64,000 bases of DNA. It comes from Giardia intestinalis. Taxonomy: Eukaryota. Positions 28,405 to 38,878 of the stretch are shown piece by piece. The notes below the pieces were generated by a model, which ran no database searches, was not told the origin of the DNA, and saw nothing but the letters and a program-made list of their open reading frames with translations. How positions within the stretch are numbered: the first letter of the stretch is position 1; each line of letters starts with the position of its first letter. A program made the translations under genes and the position numbers. Location of the stretch: the NCBI GenBank assembly GCA_000002435.2, contig CM018792.1; one strand, 5' to 3'.

Positions 28405-30141
28405 TCACTCGGGTAATACATTAGAAGATGCTTCGCTATTGCTGGCGCTGCTGTTGTTATAAGAAGAAACTTTGGCATTGAGCTTCTTGAGCTTGGCTAG
28501 GGCACTGGTATACATCCGCTCCAACCTTTCTATTTTCTTTTGCTGTGCTAGAATTATGGTCTCAACGTGTTTCTCCTTAATTGTGAAGTCTCTGCTGTAC
28601 CACCCAAGTTTGTCTGCATAAACAGGTGTAAATAGGTAAAGAACACTGAAAGACCCGAGACAATATAGTATCAGAATTGAAGTTCGATAATACATCCCAT
28701 AAATGGCCGAAACAACAAACAACGCCTCGACCGATATCCGAAAAGACTGAGGCAGCACTCCTCTCCTGTAGAGGACGCGACCAAGGTGCGGGTAAGGAAC
28801 ACTGGAAATAGTAAGCAAGCAAAGCACTAGAACTGATGTGGAAAATGTTATTTGCTTGAGCATCGGCAGTGGGAGATTAAGGGTCCGAAACCAAAAGTGC
28901 GACAAGGTCCAATCCTGCTCAAATAGCACGCACAGTAAGCCTGCCATGGTGGCTGTAGCCGGCGACGGAAGCCCGAAAAAGAAGTAGACCCCACCCTTGA
29001 CCTGCTGGGCTCTCTTATTTAGGATGAAGCGGACAAGCCTGTAGAACACACAGAAAATATATACCCCCGCAAGTGTTATAGACCAAAGGCCACTGCTATA
29101 AGGGACGAAGGAGCTGGAGATGTGATGGATCAGTAGACCAACGGCAATTCCAAAAGACGTCGCATCTGCCACATCGTCAAACAACTCTCCGTTCTTAGTA
29201 CTACCCCACTTCTCTGCAACACGGCCATCAAATAAGTCGAACAACTGACCCATCATGATGCATGAAAGGACAAGAACACTGAGTGTCCCAGAAGAAACAG
29301 TCGATCCAGGTGGGAGCACAAGGAAGTGTATCCCTAACAAACCGCAAAGCAAATTAAGGATAGAGACGCAATTAGCATACCAATTCTGGGGAACACGTGA
29401 GAGAAACTGTTCTATGGTAACCAGCAGCGTTGCAATGAACAATAGGGCGTTGGAAAAGTATTCTAGATGGGATACATTAAGGGATCGTCGGAATGTTAAA
29501 ATGCGGAAAACATTTGTGTCATGATGGAAGAGGTTTTTGTTGTCGTTTAGAAGAAACTGAATAAATAGGCAAGTGTAAAGGCAGGAGTGCTTAAAGAGCG
29601 ACCGAAGAGTATTTCGTGTAGCTTGGCGACGGATTGTAACGTTAGACCACGAGCTAAGAATGATAAAGAGCATAGCCAATGCAGGATCTATTAGCGAAAT
29701 GTATGTAGCTTGCTCGTCGATAGATTGAGGATTGATTGCCTGGATCACTGAAGACACAGGCTGGAGCCGCGGAATCATTAGAAAGAAAAATATGGGAATG
29801 TAGAAGCACTGTTCTGAGTAGGGTGTTATGCACAGACGTGCTTGTGTTCCTAATAGCCACGGCTTCCATTTGGTGTGTTTGGCAGATTTTGTTCGCGTTT
29901 CAAGGTTGAGAATGTTTGCAGTAGATGCAGCCATACAGACGATGTAGAGCACCAGTGCTAAGGTTGTGTGGCCATTATAGAGCAAAAGAGACACTATGAG
30001 TCCGAGACCTAAGCACAGCCTAATCATTGCATTGGCTCCGGAACCGGTCCGTGATTTCATCAGATGTGAAAGCCCATACCCTGCAGTTACCCATACCAGT
30101 ATGAAAAGGATAAGCAAGGCAAAGGCTGCCTTAGGCTCCAT
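28405..30141 (-). CDS. Polytopic membrane protein of the CDP-alcohol phosphatidyltransferase family (candidate phosphatidylserine/phospholipid synthase) with C-terminal coiled-coil
   Basis: Track start at 30171 is TTG. ATG at 30139-30141 gives MEPKAAFALLILFILVWVTAG. Many TM helices. NLLCGLLGI...DLFDGRVAEKWGSTKNGELFDDVAD matches the CDP-OH-P motif D-G-x2-A-x8-G-x3-D-x3-D, off by one residue in spacing. Confidence 0.5.
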   Translation of the reverse strand: MEPKAAFALLILFILVWVTAGYGLSHLMKSRTGSGANAMIRLCLGLGLIVSLLLYNGHTTLALVLYIVCMAASTANILNLETRTKSAKHTKWKPWLLGTQARLCITPYSEQCFYIPIFFFLMIPRLQPVSSVIQAINPQSIDEQATYISLIDPALAMLFIILSSWSNVTIRRQATRNTLRSLFKHSCLYTCLFIQFLLNDNKNLFHHDTNVFRILTFRRSLNVSHLEYFSNALLFIATLLVTIEQFLSRVPQNWYANCVSILNLLCGLLGIHFLVLPPGSTVSSGTLSVLVLSCIMMGQLFDLFDGRVAEKWGSTKNGELFDDVADATSFGIAVGLLIHHISSSFVPYSSGLWSITLAGVYIFCVFYRLVRFILNKRAQQVKGGVYFFFGLPSPATATMAGLLCVLFEQDWTLSHFWFRTLNLPLPMLKQITFSTSVLVLCLLTISSVPYPHLGRVLYRRGVLPQSFRISVEALFVVSAIYGMYYRTSILILYCLGSFSVLYLFTPVYADKLGWYSRDFTIKEKHVETIILAQQKKIERLERMYTSALAKLKKLNAKVSSYNNSSASNSEASSNVLPE

Positions 30142-30172
30142 GCTATAGGGCTCTTTTTTTAAAGAGGTCAAG

Positions 30173-31423
30173 CTACTCGGTGAGAGTACGGACGGTGTCG
30201 GCAGCCTCTATCACTGAGAGCCGCCGCCCGGTAGCCATGCTCATTATATTGCTGTCTATTTCATTCTTCAAAGCCGGTGCTCTAGGATGACTTTTAGATA
30301 CAGAGCTAAAGGCAGGGCTAGTAGGGCTGGAATAAAGCACATGGCTGTTGAAGCTAACGCGACGTAATCCACGTGCACTATCGCCAATGCTTGTTGCTTT
30401 CTCTCTGCTTATGTCGAGGGCGAGCTCATTGAGGGTAGTTTCGGCAAAGTTAACAAAAGAGCTGCGCTGGTCCACTTGTAGTTCATCCTTCTGTACCTCT
30501 GTCGTTCGCTTCATCTGTTCATATGCTGGATATGCTCTCTCAGATTGCGAAGTAAGCTCGTCTAGTTGCTCTTGTTTGCGTTTTAATGCACTCTCGAGAA
30601 GCGCTACTTTGCCTTCTAACTCACGGATCTTATCGGTTCTGATTTCTAACTGCGCAGCCTGGAGATTCTTTAACTGACTAAATGACTTCTTTGCATCTTC
30701 GAGAAGAACTCTTCGCTCGGTCTTTTCCGTTTCCAGCTGTGCTCTAAGTGTAATGATTTCTGCCCTGAGGCGCTCATTTTCCACATGTAGTTCCTGGTTT
30801 TCGCGACTGCTCTGTCTAGCCTCTTCCGGAGTGCTCTTGTTAGCATTCAACAACAGTACAATTGTATAGAGAGATCTATTGAGACGATTTAAGCATAGAC
30901 ATTCGGTGTCTTCGTCTATATATGAGGGAAGAGTGGAGATAAGACGGCCTTCGTCAGCGTGGTTATGACCTGTATTTGAAAATATGTTAATGTAATTCTC
31001 AAGGGCGTTGACAAGAAGCTCTTCGTTAGTCTGGTATTGGGTGACCATCCTCTTTAGTTTTGCAGTCTCCGATATTAAATTATTTTTCACCCTCTCGCTT
31101 AATTGCAGAGCCTTTTCAACGCTAGCACACTTTGTTTGCTGACCTACATACTCCGTTGTTACTCGCGCTAAGTCGGCCTCTAGTTGATGTAATGAGTCCT
31201 GGAGTGCGCGAATTTTCGTCTGATCCTCCAGTGCTTTATCGTGAGACATCAGCGCCACAGATGTTTGAGACTTTAGGTATAGAGTTTCGTTCTGCTGGAT
31301 CTTCGCCTCTAGCTTAATAACTCGGTCGATCAATGTCCTGTTTTCCTGTTCGAGGGCAGAAACGAGCACATTCTGCATGTCGTTCGTTTTTTCCTCAAAG
31401 AGTAATAAATAGCAGATTGACAT
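30173..31423 (-). CDS. Hypothetical coiled-coil protein
   Basis: 416-aa ORF with ATG at 31421-31423. Heptad-rich, Glu/Leu/Lys/Gln-rich. Its stop lies 1 bp from the upstream gene's start region. Confidence 0.45.
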   Translation of the reverse strand: MSICYLLLFEEKTNDMQNVLVSALEQENRTLIDRVIKLEAKIQQNETLYLKSQTSVALMSHDKALEDQTKIRALQDSLHQLEADLARVTTEYVGQQTKCASVEKALQLSERVKNNLISETAKLKRMVTQYQTNEELLVNALENYINIFSNTGHNHADEGRLISTLPSYIDEDTECLCLNRLNRSLYTIVLLLNANKSTPEEARQSSRENQELHVENERLRAEIITLRAQLETEKTERRVLLEDAKKSFSQLKNLQAAQLEIRTDKIRELEGKVALLESALKRKQEQLDELTSQSERAYPAYEQMKRTTEVQKDELQVDQRSSFVNFAETTLNELALDISREKATSIGDSARGLRRVSFNSHVLYSSPTSPAFSSVSKSHPRAPALKNEIDSNIMSMATGRRLSVIEAADTVRTLTE

Positions 31424-31723
31424 TGCCGTTGCTTATCATCGTCAAATGCAGTACTATATACCACATCCGATCCCAACCATCTGATAGCCGGGCATTGTGT
31501 CAAGAACCAACGAATACTTTTACTTCTAAACACTGAATTTCTAGCTAGTGCATTACTAGATGGAGAGGGTGTTTGCTCTGATGTGGCATCCGATACCAAT
31601 GATGACGCAAACATATACCTAAAACTTAACCAAGCTTTAATCATCCTAGCACTCAAGCATAGCCTCTAGAACTCCCACTGTTCTTACTATAGTCAACTAC
31701 TCAACATAAAAATTGTAGGATTG

Positions 31724-33523
31724 CTATCCCTTTAGCCCCATCTTGAGCTTTGGCTCCTGGACCTGATCAGTCTTGACCTCCTTGGTGCTCCAATCGATCA
31801 GCTCTCCGTTACCAACCGTTACATAATCGCGTGCGTAGTGCATATTGTTATCATTTCTGTCTAAGGGGTCCATAAGGACTCGCAAAATATCGTCTGCAGC
31901 CTTTTCTAAATAGTCCTCACTTCCCTTGGCGTACCTCTTAAACCCAGCATCGTTGCATACAAAATAAACGTGGGTTCCATGTGGAACAAGATAGTATCGC
32001 CCAACCTTTTCGTTGGTGAGAGCACCCTTTGAAGCTATGCACTTAGGCTCATGCTGCTCGCCAGAAACGTAGTAGTGCTTGCCTCCCGGGGCACAGAAGT
32101 GAAACCGAGTATACGCAGATTCTTCCAAGTCAAGATGGTATTGTGCTGGTGGGACACGCCATTCGGGTACAAACACAACAAACATGATTGGTCGCCGATT
32201 CTCCGACTTGTCCAGTGTCCGGATTATATGCTTGGCTGTTCTGTCCATGCACTCCAGCGTATATGGTGGCCCGCACTCAAAAGACCCCTCGGCAATATCA
32301 TAGTCGAAGAAGCTGCCTAGACTGCCAAAGAAAACATCTATCTCGGGAAATGCAGAGCAGAATTGGGAAAAGAAGCAGTTAAGTGGGGAAGCAAAGCACT
32401 CCTGGCTAACCTCAAGGAAGCTCTTGAGGCGTCTGAAGATGTTCTCTGGCGCCGCAGCGTGGAAACTCGTCCCCTCAAACCTTTCCGTCCCAAAGAAGGT
32501 GTGGTATCGACGCAGCAATATAAAGAGAAGCTTACTGAACATCTTCATTTCGGGATCAAAGCGTTTTCCTGACGTCCTTTTATATAGCTCTCGTAACTTA
32601 TAAAAGTGGATACTGGACAGTTTAAACTTTAGATCTAAGCTATGCGATAGGTTATCGGGTAGTTTTACGACATACTTTGCCTCCACCGTGTGCTCTATTC
32701 CCTCGGCCGTGAGAACTACCTCGAAGTCATCATCCGTAAATGCTGGCTTCTTTGTGCTGTACTCCATTGCCAAGTCAGCGAGCCGATTACAAATGCCATG
32801 GACGTCTGACTTCAAGTATTTAGATACAAACGTTGTGGCCGATTCGCTAGCAGTCTTAAGCCGAGCTTCCAACACATGAATATGAAGAATTGCAGGGTCA
32901 AAAGCAAGCAGGTCGCCTTCCAGTTGCTCAAGGTCCTTACGAGTTTGCTCATCCGTCTCCGCTTGCTTCTCGAAACGAGTCTTCATTCTGGTAAGAAACT
33001 GCATGGACACCTTTCTGTACTCTATTGCATCTGATTTGAGGCGCTGTGTGTCCGGATAAGATGGCTTAATACGCATGGGAATTGAGAGAAAAAGCTCGCG
33101 GGCAATGACATCGGGGTCGTCCTTGAGTCTCATCGGATACTTCAGAAGATTATTGCCTACCTCGCCTGCTATACTTTCTGATGGAGTGGCTAACATATCA
33201 AAAAGCCACCGATTAAGCGTTTCTTTTTGGGGATAGGTGAAAAGCTCCTTACGAACTTCCTCCTTGAACCATGTGCGCATATCCTTGACAAAAGAGGCCA
33301 GTAAAATCTCGCTTGCAAGGGAGGGGATAGGTACGCCCTCAGCCCCCTCCTCTATCTTCCTACGCACGTTCTCGAGCATGGGTGTTGTTTGGGCTGTAAT
33401 GTAGTCAGTTACTAGAAAAGAGAAATCGTAAGGTTGCTCTTCAACCTCTGGGGTGTTCTTTGGTTTGGATCGTCGCCTGTCAAAGCCGCCCCGCTGGTTA
33501 CCCCGGCCCCCTTTTGAGTTCAT
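31724..33523 (-). CDS. Hypothetical protein; tentative PCIF1-like (cap-adenosine N6-methyltransferase-like) domain with GPPY in place of the NPPF catalytic motif
   Basis: 599 aa. ATG at 33521-33523 preceded by aacatttataaaataaa. Segment ECFASPLNCFF...ECGPPYTLE is reminiscent of MT-A70/PCIF1-type [DNSH]PP[YFW] catalytic loops. Assignment is from memory of motif patterns and is unverified. Confidence 0.3.
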   Translation of the reverse strand: MNSKGGRGNQRGGFDRRRSKPKNTPEVEEQPYDFSFLVTDYITAQTTPMLENVRRKIEEGAEGVPIPSLASEILLASFVKDMRTWFKEEVRKELFTYPQKETLNRWLFDMLATPSESIAGEVGNNLLKYPMRLKDDPDVIARELFLSIPMRIKPSYPDTQRLKSDAIEYRKVSMQFLTRMKTRFEKQAETDEQTRKDLEQLEGDLLAFDPAILHIHVLEARLKTASESATTFVSKYLKSDVHGICNRLADLAMEYSTKKPAFTDDDFEVVLTAEGIEHTVEAKYVVKLPDNLSHSLDLKFKLSSIHFYKLRELYKRTSGKRFDPEMKMFSKLLFILLRRYHTFFGTERFEGTSFHAAAPENIFRRLKSFLEVSQECFASPLNCFFSQFCSAFPEIDVFFGSLGSFFDYDIAEGSFECGPPYTLECMDRTAKHIIRTLDKSENRRPIMFVVFVPEWRVPPAQYHLDLEESAYTRFHFCAPGGKHYYVSGEQHEPKCIASKGALTNEKVGRYYLVPHGTHVYFVCNDAGFKRYAKGSEDYLEKAADDILRVLMDPLDRNDNNMHYARDYVTVGNGELIDWSTKEVKTDQVQEPKLKMGLKG

Positions 33524-33610
33524 TTTATTTTATAAATGTTTACTTGCACCATCGATCGAACCCGGTAAAGGTCGTGGACGGACAGAATACAAATGGAGAT
33601 ATACAGGCTA

Positions 33611-34294
33611 TCAACGAAAGCGCTTCTGGCGCAGCTTATACATTTTATTGCCGTAGCTATCAAGGCCAATCTCGTCCTTATTACCATAAACAGGGCCCGT
33701 CTTGCAAGCAGAGCGCTGGGCTTCTCGACGAACTTGTTCTTGCTTGACCTTTTCTATCTTACCGGTTATCGAGGTTAAGTCCTGGTTCAAATTGTCGGTG
33801 GACGCCGAGCTAAGATCGTCTGGGTCTACTCTCGCGTTTCCATGGAGTCTACTCTTGGTGTTTACCTTAGTTTCCCGACGACTTATATCAATGCGTTTGT
33901 CGTCACAAAATACTATATGCTTGGTCTTACCCTTCCCGGGTATCCGCATGGCGATGTCTTCGTATTCCTTGCGCAGTTTACGTGCGGTGGCGTCTAGGAC
34001 GACGTCGGCGATGGCATCGTTGGGATCTTCCAGTGGCGAAGATGTGGGGATACTAACAAGCAAGCCTCCGTGCGTCCTTGCATTCTCCATCGCATGGTAG
34101 AACTCGTCTGGATTCTTCTGAGCTGCCTGCTGTGTTAGTGTCTTGATTAAGCGTTCTTTTGCATGGCTTTGCTCCGCCCTTACCTTATAATCTTTCTTGC
34201 GCTCTACATGTCCTTTCTTGGCTCTTGACGCAGGTGTTTGACGCTCCTTCTTTTCAATGCGCTTTATAAAGTTCCTCAGCTTCAATGACGTCAT
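33611..34294 (-). CDS. UTP11: U3 snoRNP/SSU processome protein UTP11
   Basis: 227 aa with ATG verified. KERQTPASRAKKGHVERKKDYKVRAEQ...KNPDEFYHAMENARTHGG...HIVFCDDK...YKLRQKRFR aligns along the whole length to UTP11 (KERSQPGFRKHLGLLEKKKDYKLRA...KNPDEFYYKM...HVFFFDTK...YKFQSRRKR). Confidence 0.75.
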   Translation of the reverse strand: MTSLKLRNFIKRIEKKERQTPASRAKKGHVERKKDYKVRAEQSHAKERLIKTLTQQAAQKNPDEFYHAMENARTHGGLLVSIPTSSPLEDPNDAIADVVLDATARKLRKEYEDIAMRIPGKGKTKHIVFCDDKRIDISRRETKVNTKSRLHGNARVDPDDLSSASTDNLNQDLTSITGKIEKVKQEQVRREAQRSACKTGPVYGNKDEIGLDSYGNKMYKLRQKRFR

Positions 34295-34415
34295 TGGGAC
34301 TTCACCTTAGGCTTCTGGAAAAGGACAAAAATATTAAAAACATTGTAAATGCAAGTTAACAAAATATCAAGCTATCAATTCTTAGAAGAATCATTGGCGT
34401 CCTGGATTGAATAAT

Positions 34416-37400
34416 TTACTTGGAGGAGGCTGACTTGCCGTGGACAATGCTATTGAGCCCGCAAACATAGAAGGGAGACGATCCTAATTCTTCAAATCGT
34501 TGTTGTGAGTGGAGATTGCCCATCTGCTCTTCAAGGATCTCTCTGATAATCTCCTCACACCCTGACTCTCGCTGTATAATAGAGAGAACCGCGTTGCCAA
34601 CCGTGAACACATCCTCTAAGGTCCATCCACCGACGACAACATTGAGTTCAGTTGCTGTTCTCTGCGCTGCGCTGACTGCGTGCTTTACCTTCATTACCAG
34701 CTCAATCAGTGCAAACCTATTCTGATTTGTAACGAGGCTATTACCCACTGAAGTCATCATCAAATTATAATCGTATGCTGTCGCTCCCAATAACGACTGG
34801 TACACCGTTGTGAGGATGCGAGTAGTTAGCCCATACGTGACACCATTAAAAATAAGACGGGGACATATGACCCCTCTATCTGCGCCGTACTTGTATCCAG
34901 TTGTCATCACAAAGCTCAGCGTTATATAGCCGCTATAATGATAGGCTGTCGCAATGGTGGATGCAAAGAGGCCCACCGTTGATCTGAAGATCTCTACCTC
35001 ACCGAGCGCAGGAGAAAGATAACATGCTGACATCAGCTTGCCCACGGGAAAATAGCTATAGCTGGGTACTTCAGCGTATGATCCTATCACCACATATTGT
35101 GCACTTGTACCAATGTATAATGCAAAAGTTATGTACCTTATTACATTCTCATTGACTGGAATGCACTGCAATACAGCCCCTGTAGTGGTATAAAGGTGGA
35201 TCAGGCACTTCTCATCTATCTTTTTGTATGGAAACGATATGGTAATCTCCCTGATAAGATCTGTATTGGTCTTAACTGCCTTGTACCCATCCTTGTCAAG
35301 CTCAGACATACCACACGCTAGCCCGCCCAGAGAGTCCCCCAGGATGTCACAGCCAGGCAAATAACACATTAAATCTGGCCTAATTATCACCGACGAATAT
35401 TTAAGAGAGGTCATCGCATGAACAGCGAGCTTGGTCCAAGTTGCTGGGCTCTGGATCTCTGTTGTGGAGAAGTTCTGTGTAGGAGCCACTCCAAAGCTCG
35501 CTACTCGCTCTGGACCGCGGCTGCGTGATCTATCGATGGATGAAGATGACAAAGAAATAAATTTCTGATCGCTCTTCAACCTTTCTTGAACATTAGTGTA
35601 CTGCAGGGCTTCGTGCGTTATGTGGCCATAAATCGGTATTCCAGTTAAATAAGACAGCTTTTCGTAGTTCTTATCAAATTGCTGATATGCGTAGGGCATG
35701 TAAAATACCAAGGAATCGGGTGACCCACCCGTTCTAGTTATTGCATCTAATATGGAGCGCTTAAAGGCTGCTCGAGTTCGACCAAACTGCAAGTCTAACA
35801 GAAGATTGGTATGCATTGTAAGCATACGGTGCTCTTTAAGTGCCTCAAGGAGCATTGGATCGTCCAAGATTGTTATCCGGTTGACGTCCAGCTTTGACAA
35901 GGGAATGGCATCTCGATAGAGCCTCTGCAGTGCCAGCTTAATTTCTGCGATGCCTGTGTATTCCCCATCACATAGGGCAAGGATGTGCAGGCGTGGATCT
36001 ACAAGCAAAGAAAAGTCAACAAAACTTAGGGAGTATAGGTCACGTCGTAGAAAGATACCGTTTTGAAATAGGTTATCAGAAGGAGGAGAACTTGAATGTC
36101 CGAGCAAAACCTTCTGACTGCATAGATTGCAAGGTCTGGTTGCAATCAGTATGCAGTACATATATGCATCTGGAGTGTATCCAATGCGAAAAGCCTTCTT
36201 CCAGAAATTTGCTTCAGATATCATCAGATCATGTACACATTGATTTTGGTTAATTGTCAGGTCTGACAAGCGCACTGCTAGCTTTTCGGTCGTAGCAGCT
36301 AAGTTATCGCTCAACGTAGCTTTGAGATTGAGCATCACCAGATGCATATTTGCATTGTTTTCTATCCGGAGTCTTTCCACCTTATCGAGGGCAAGACGCC
36401 TCCTGCCATATGTTTGAATAAGCAATGAGGCCCTCTTGCTTTTGCACACAAAAATAAAGTTCCTTCTTGCACAGAGCATTCTATAATATGCTTGAATTAT
36501 AGTGGCTGATGCAGCATCTCTATTATTTGTGGTGGCAGTCATCTGCAGGCTAAGTGGTGTTGCAGTAGTTGTAAGCACTAAGCTGAAATACGCCTCTTCA
36601 GAGAGAGCACTAAGATTGACAAATGGCTTGAAGTACACCGAAAGGGCTAATGAGATAACATTATTGCCGTTTATGTGACCACTGAATGAAGGAGTATACC
36701 TAAATAATCTCTGCAAGTTATCTACAATAAAACCTATATAACTAGAAATAAACGCGTACTGTACCATCATTGCTTGGTAAACATTTGTATTTGTTAGAAT
36801 CTTTCCGTCTACAACCGGAATACTAAAGTCATAGACAAACTCATGCGACAGCATATACGAGTACCTTCGCTTGTGTGCGGAGTTCTTGATGGTTATAGTT
36901 GCTTGTCCTAAGTGCTGCAGATTCTGGTATTCTGAGGGATACTTGAAAAGGGTGCTCAAGAGCGGTCTCTGGACACTCCTGAGTACTGGTTTTGCACCTT
37001 TCTCAAGTGCCTTTGTTTCCGCCACTGTTGTTGCTTCCACATTTGGTGATCTGTCTGTTCTATCTGAACTAGAGATATTGAACGTTATGGGCCCTTCTGT
37101 TTGACTCAAAGTAGAGGCATCTTCAAGCTTATGTGCCGTAGCTCCGCCGCTTATAAAAGAGATGTCATATTCGTCTGAGGCAGGCATGGCCTGGAGAGCT
37201 TGATCGAGAAGATCAAGATCAAATTTTATTGTACTAAAGTGTCTTGGAACGTCTTCGCGAATCCTGGGCTGGGTTGCACCCTGAATCTCTTCGCGCGTTC
37301 CCAAGACTCGCGCGATCAAAGTAGGTCTGACATCTCTTGGATGGCCGAAGAAGACAGGTCCAAGATCTGCATCCTTGGGCACGTCTCCACGAAGCATCAT

Positions 37401-37895
37401 CTCGTACATGCCATAATGATCTATGTCAGCCACGGTTATGTCCTTATAATCGTCGTTATCATTGCTGCGTAAACTCCGCGACCGGGGTGGGGAAAGTTTT
37501 TTCGCCAGGGTTTGAATGGGGGCCACTGAGCCACGAGCCCCGGGGGTCTGAGTGCCCCCAGGTGCTCCGAACAATCTCGCATCTGTGTCCATGTAGTTTT
37601 TGGTAAAGTTGGGCTTCTTTAGCAGCGGGAAGTTAGAGTGCAGGCGAGATCGTGGTTCATAAGGCTTGGGGGGAGGGTTTGGGGGTCGAGTGTCGATGAG
37701 TTCCTTGGTTTTCTTTGCAAGAGACAGCTTTGTTCCTGATTTGGACACGGGACGGGGCGGATATGGTGGATTCTGTAACTTTGGAGGGAGGACGGAGTGC
37801 ACTGGCGCGTCAATGACAACTTCATCCCTTAACGCCCCCGATCGATTCTGTGCAAGCATGTCCAGAAGGGCATGAATCCGGTCTGTTGTGGACAT
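34416..37895 (-). CDS. Large hypothetical protein with IQ calmodulin-binding motifs and a Pro-rich N-terminus
   Basis: 1159 aa with ATG verified. IQ-like segments ATIIQAYYRMLCARRNFIFVCKSKRASLLIQTYGRRRLAL. No further assignment. Confidence 0.45.
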   Translation of the reverse strand: MSTTDRIHALLDMLAQNRSGALRDEVVIDAPVHSVLPPKLQNPPYPPRPVSKSGTKLSLAKKTKELIDTRPPNPPPKPYEPRSRLHSNFPLLKKPNFTKNYMDTDARLFGAPGGTQTPGARGSVAPIQTLAKKLSPPRSRSLRSNDNDDYKDITVADIDHYGMYEMMLRGDVPKDADLGPVFFGHPRDVRPTLIARVLGTREEIQGATQPRIREDVPRHFSTIKFDLDLLDQALQAMPASDEYDISFISGGATAHKLEDASTLSQTEGPITFNISSSDRTDRSPNVEATTVAETKALEKGAKPVLRSVQRPLLSTLFKYPSEYQNLQHLGQATITIKNSAHKRRYSYMLSHEFVYDFSIPVVDGKILTNTNVYQAMMVQYAFISSYIGFIVDNLQRLFRYTPSFSGHINGNNVISLALSVYFKPFVNLSALSEEAYFSLVLTTTATPLSLQMTATTNNRDAASATIIQAYYRMLCARRNFIFVCKSKRASLLIQTYGRRRLALDKVERLRIENNANMHLVMLNLKATLSDNLAATTEKLAVRLSDLTINQNQCVHDLMISEANFWKKAFRIGYTPDAYMYCILIATRPCNLCSQKVLLGHSSSPPSDNLFQNGIFLRRDLYSLSFVDFSLLVDPRLHILALCDGEYTGIAEIKLALQRLYRDAIPLSKLDVNRITILDDPMLLEALKEHRMLTMHTNLLLDLQFGRTRAAFKRSILDAITRTGGSPDSLVFYMPYAYQQFDKNYEKLSYLTGIPIYGHITHEALQYTNVQERLKSDQKFISLSSSSIDRSRSRGPERVASFGVAPTQNFSTTEIQSPATWTKLAVHAMTSLKYSSVIIRPDLMCYLPGCDILGDSLGGLACGMSELDKDGYKAVKTNTDLIREITISFPYKKIDEKCLIHLYTTTGAVLQCIPVNENVIRYITFALYIGTSAQYVVIGSYAEVPSYSYFPVGKLMSACYLSPALGEVEIFRSTVGLFASTIATAYHYSGYITLSFVMTTGYKYGADRGVICPRLIFNGVTYGLTTRILTTVYQSLLGATAYDYNLMMTSVGNSLVTNQNRFALIELVMKVKHAVSAAQRTATELNVVVGGWTLEDVFTVGNAVLSIIQRESGCEEIIREILEEQMGNLHSQQRFEELGSSPFYVCGLNSIVHGKSASSK

Positions 37896-38063
37896 TCTTT
37901 TTTGGTCATGCCAATGTCAATTTGAAGTAAACTCAACGCGCTCTGGTCACTGCCCTCTCAGCTCACTGCTTAGCTGACACCACACAGACCTTTGAGGCGC
38001 CAAGGCGTGGTGCATATTTTGCTACAATCACGCTCCCATCGGTCTCCTTTACATCGTCCAAAA

Positions 38064-38510
38064 ATGAACATTGAAAGGACGTGCATGAGATTAGAAGATT
38101 TACACGCTAAGCTGTTGCGGCACAAGCGTAAGGAAGTAGAGACCATGGTTAAACTTGGAATACTGGCGTCAAGCGTCAAAAATAGTGAGTATGAATCGAA
38201 TCCCACTTTGCTGTTTCAGTCTGAGTTAAGAAGCTCGAGCACGCTGCACCAGTCCCATGGGACCCGGGACCTAGAGAAGCCTGCGCAGCGGAGAAGGTAC
38301 GTGGCCGTCCTTGACACAAGCAACGCTTTCCACGTAATAAACATAATTGCACCGAAAGGTTGTGAAAACGTTGATCCAGAGCTTCGCAGCTTTTCACGAG
38401 TGGACATGGATCATCACATCCATAAGAACAAGCCAGTGAGGGACGGAAGAAAAGGGAAGAAGGACCGCTACAGCTCCGGCGCTGCTATGACCCACAGCGC
38501 GTTTATATAG
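38064..38510 (+). CDS. Small hypothetical protein (uncertain)
   Basis: Track start is TTG. First ATG at 38064 (MNIERTCMRL...) is preceded by tttacatcgtccaaaa. Overlaps the 3' end of the convergent SGF29-like gene by 43 bp. May be non-coding. Confidence 0.25.
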   Translation: MNIERTCMRLEDLHAKLLRHKRKEVETMVKLGILASSVKNSEYESNPTLLFQSELRSSSTLHQSHGTRDLEKPAQRRRYVAVLDTSNAFHVINIIAPKGCENVDPELRSFSRVDMDHHIHKNKPVRDGRKGKKDRYSSGAAMTHSAFI

Positions 38511-38878
38511 GATATCTTTGGGTCGCCGTCGTACCGTAGCTTTACAACAACAGAGCTAGGAATATTGGTACTCGGATACGCCTGGAGCACAGTCGCCGGA
38601 TAGAGAATAGATGTCCAGTTTTGCGTGTTTGTCTCGTACCATACGGCTAATACCCTGTCCCCTGCTTTGTACTCAGCCCCCCTCTGTGGGAACTTGACGA
38701 CGTGCTTGGAGCTGACTCTGTAGGATTCTCTCTTCATGTTTGGCTGTTCTTCTACAATGTCCTCTACCACACACATGCCATCTGTAGTCTCAACTTCTAT
38801 TAGGTTAGCAAGGATCCAGCACATCTCGTCATCATAGGGGACTTTCACGTATGCCACGACTGATTGGCCCTTCTGCAT
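38468..38878 (-). CDS. SGF29-like tandem-tudor domain protein (SAGA-associated factor 29 C-terminal domain homolog)
   Basis: 136 aa; ATG verified with a very AT-rich upstream region. VVAYVKVPYDDEMCWILANLIEV...CVVEDIVEE...RVLAVWYETN...ILYPATVLQ...VVVKLRYDGDP aligns to the SGF29 tudor region (LVAARVKAVDGDEQWILAEVV...YEVDDIDEE...LVLALYPQTTCFYRALI...YSVLFEDTSY). Confidence 0.6.
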   Translation of the reverse strand: MQKGQSVVAYVKVPYDDEMCWILANLIEVETTDGMCVVEDIVEEQPNMKRESYRVSSKHVVKFPQRGAEYKAGDRVLAVWYETNTQNWTSILYPATVLQAYPSTNIPSSVVVKLRYDGDPKISYINALWVIAAPEL

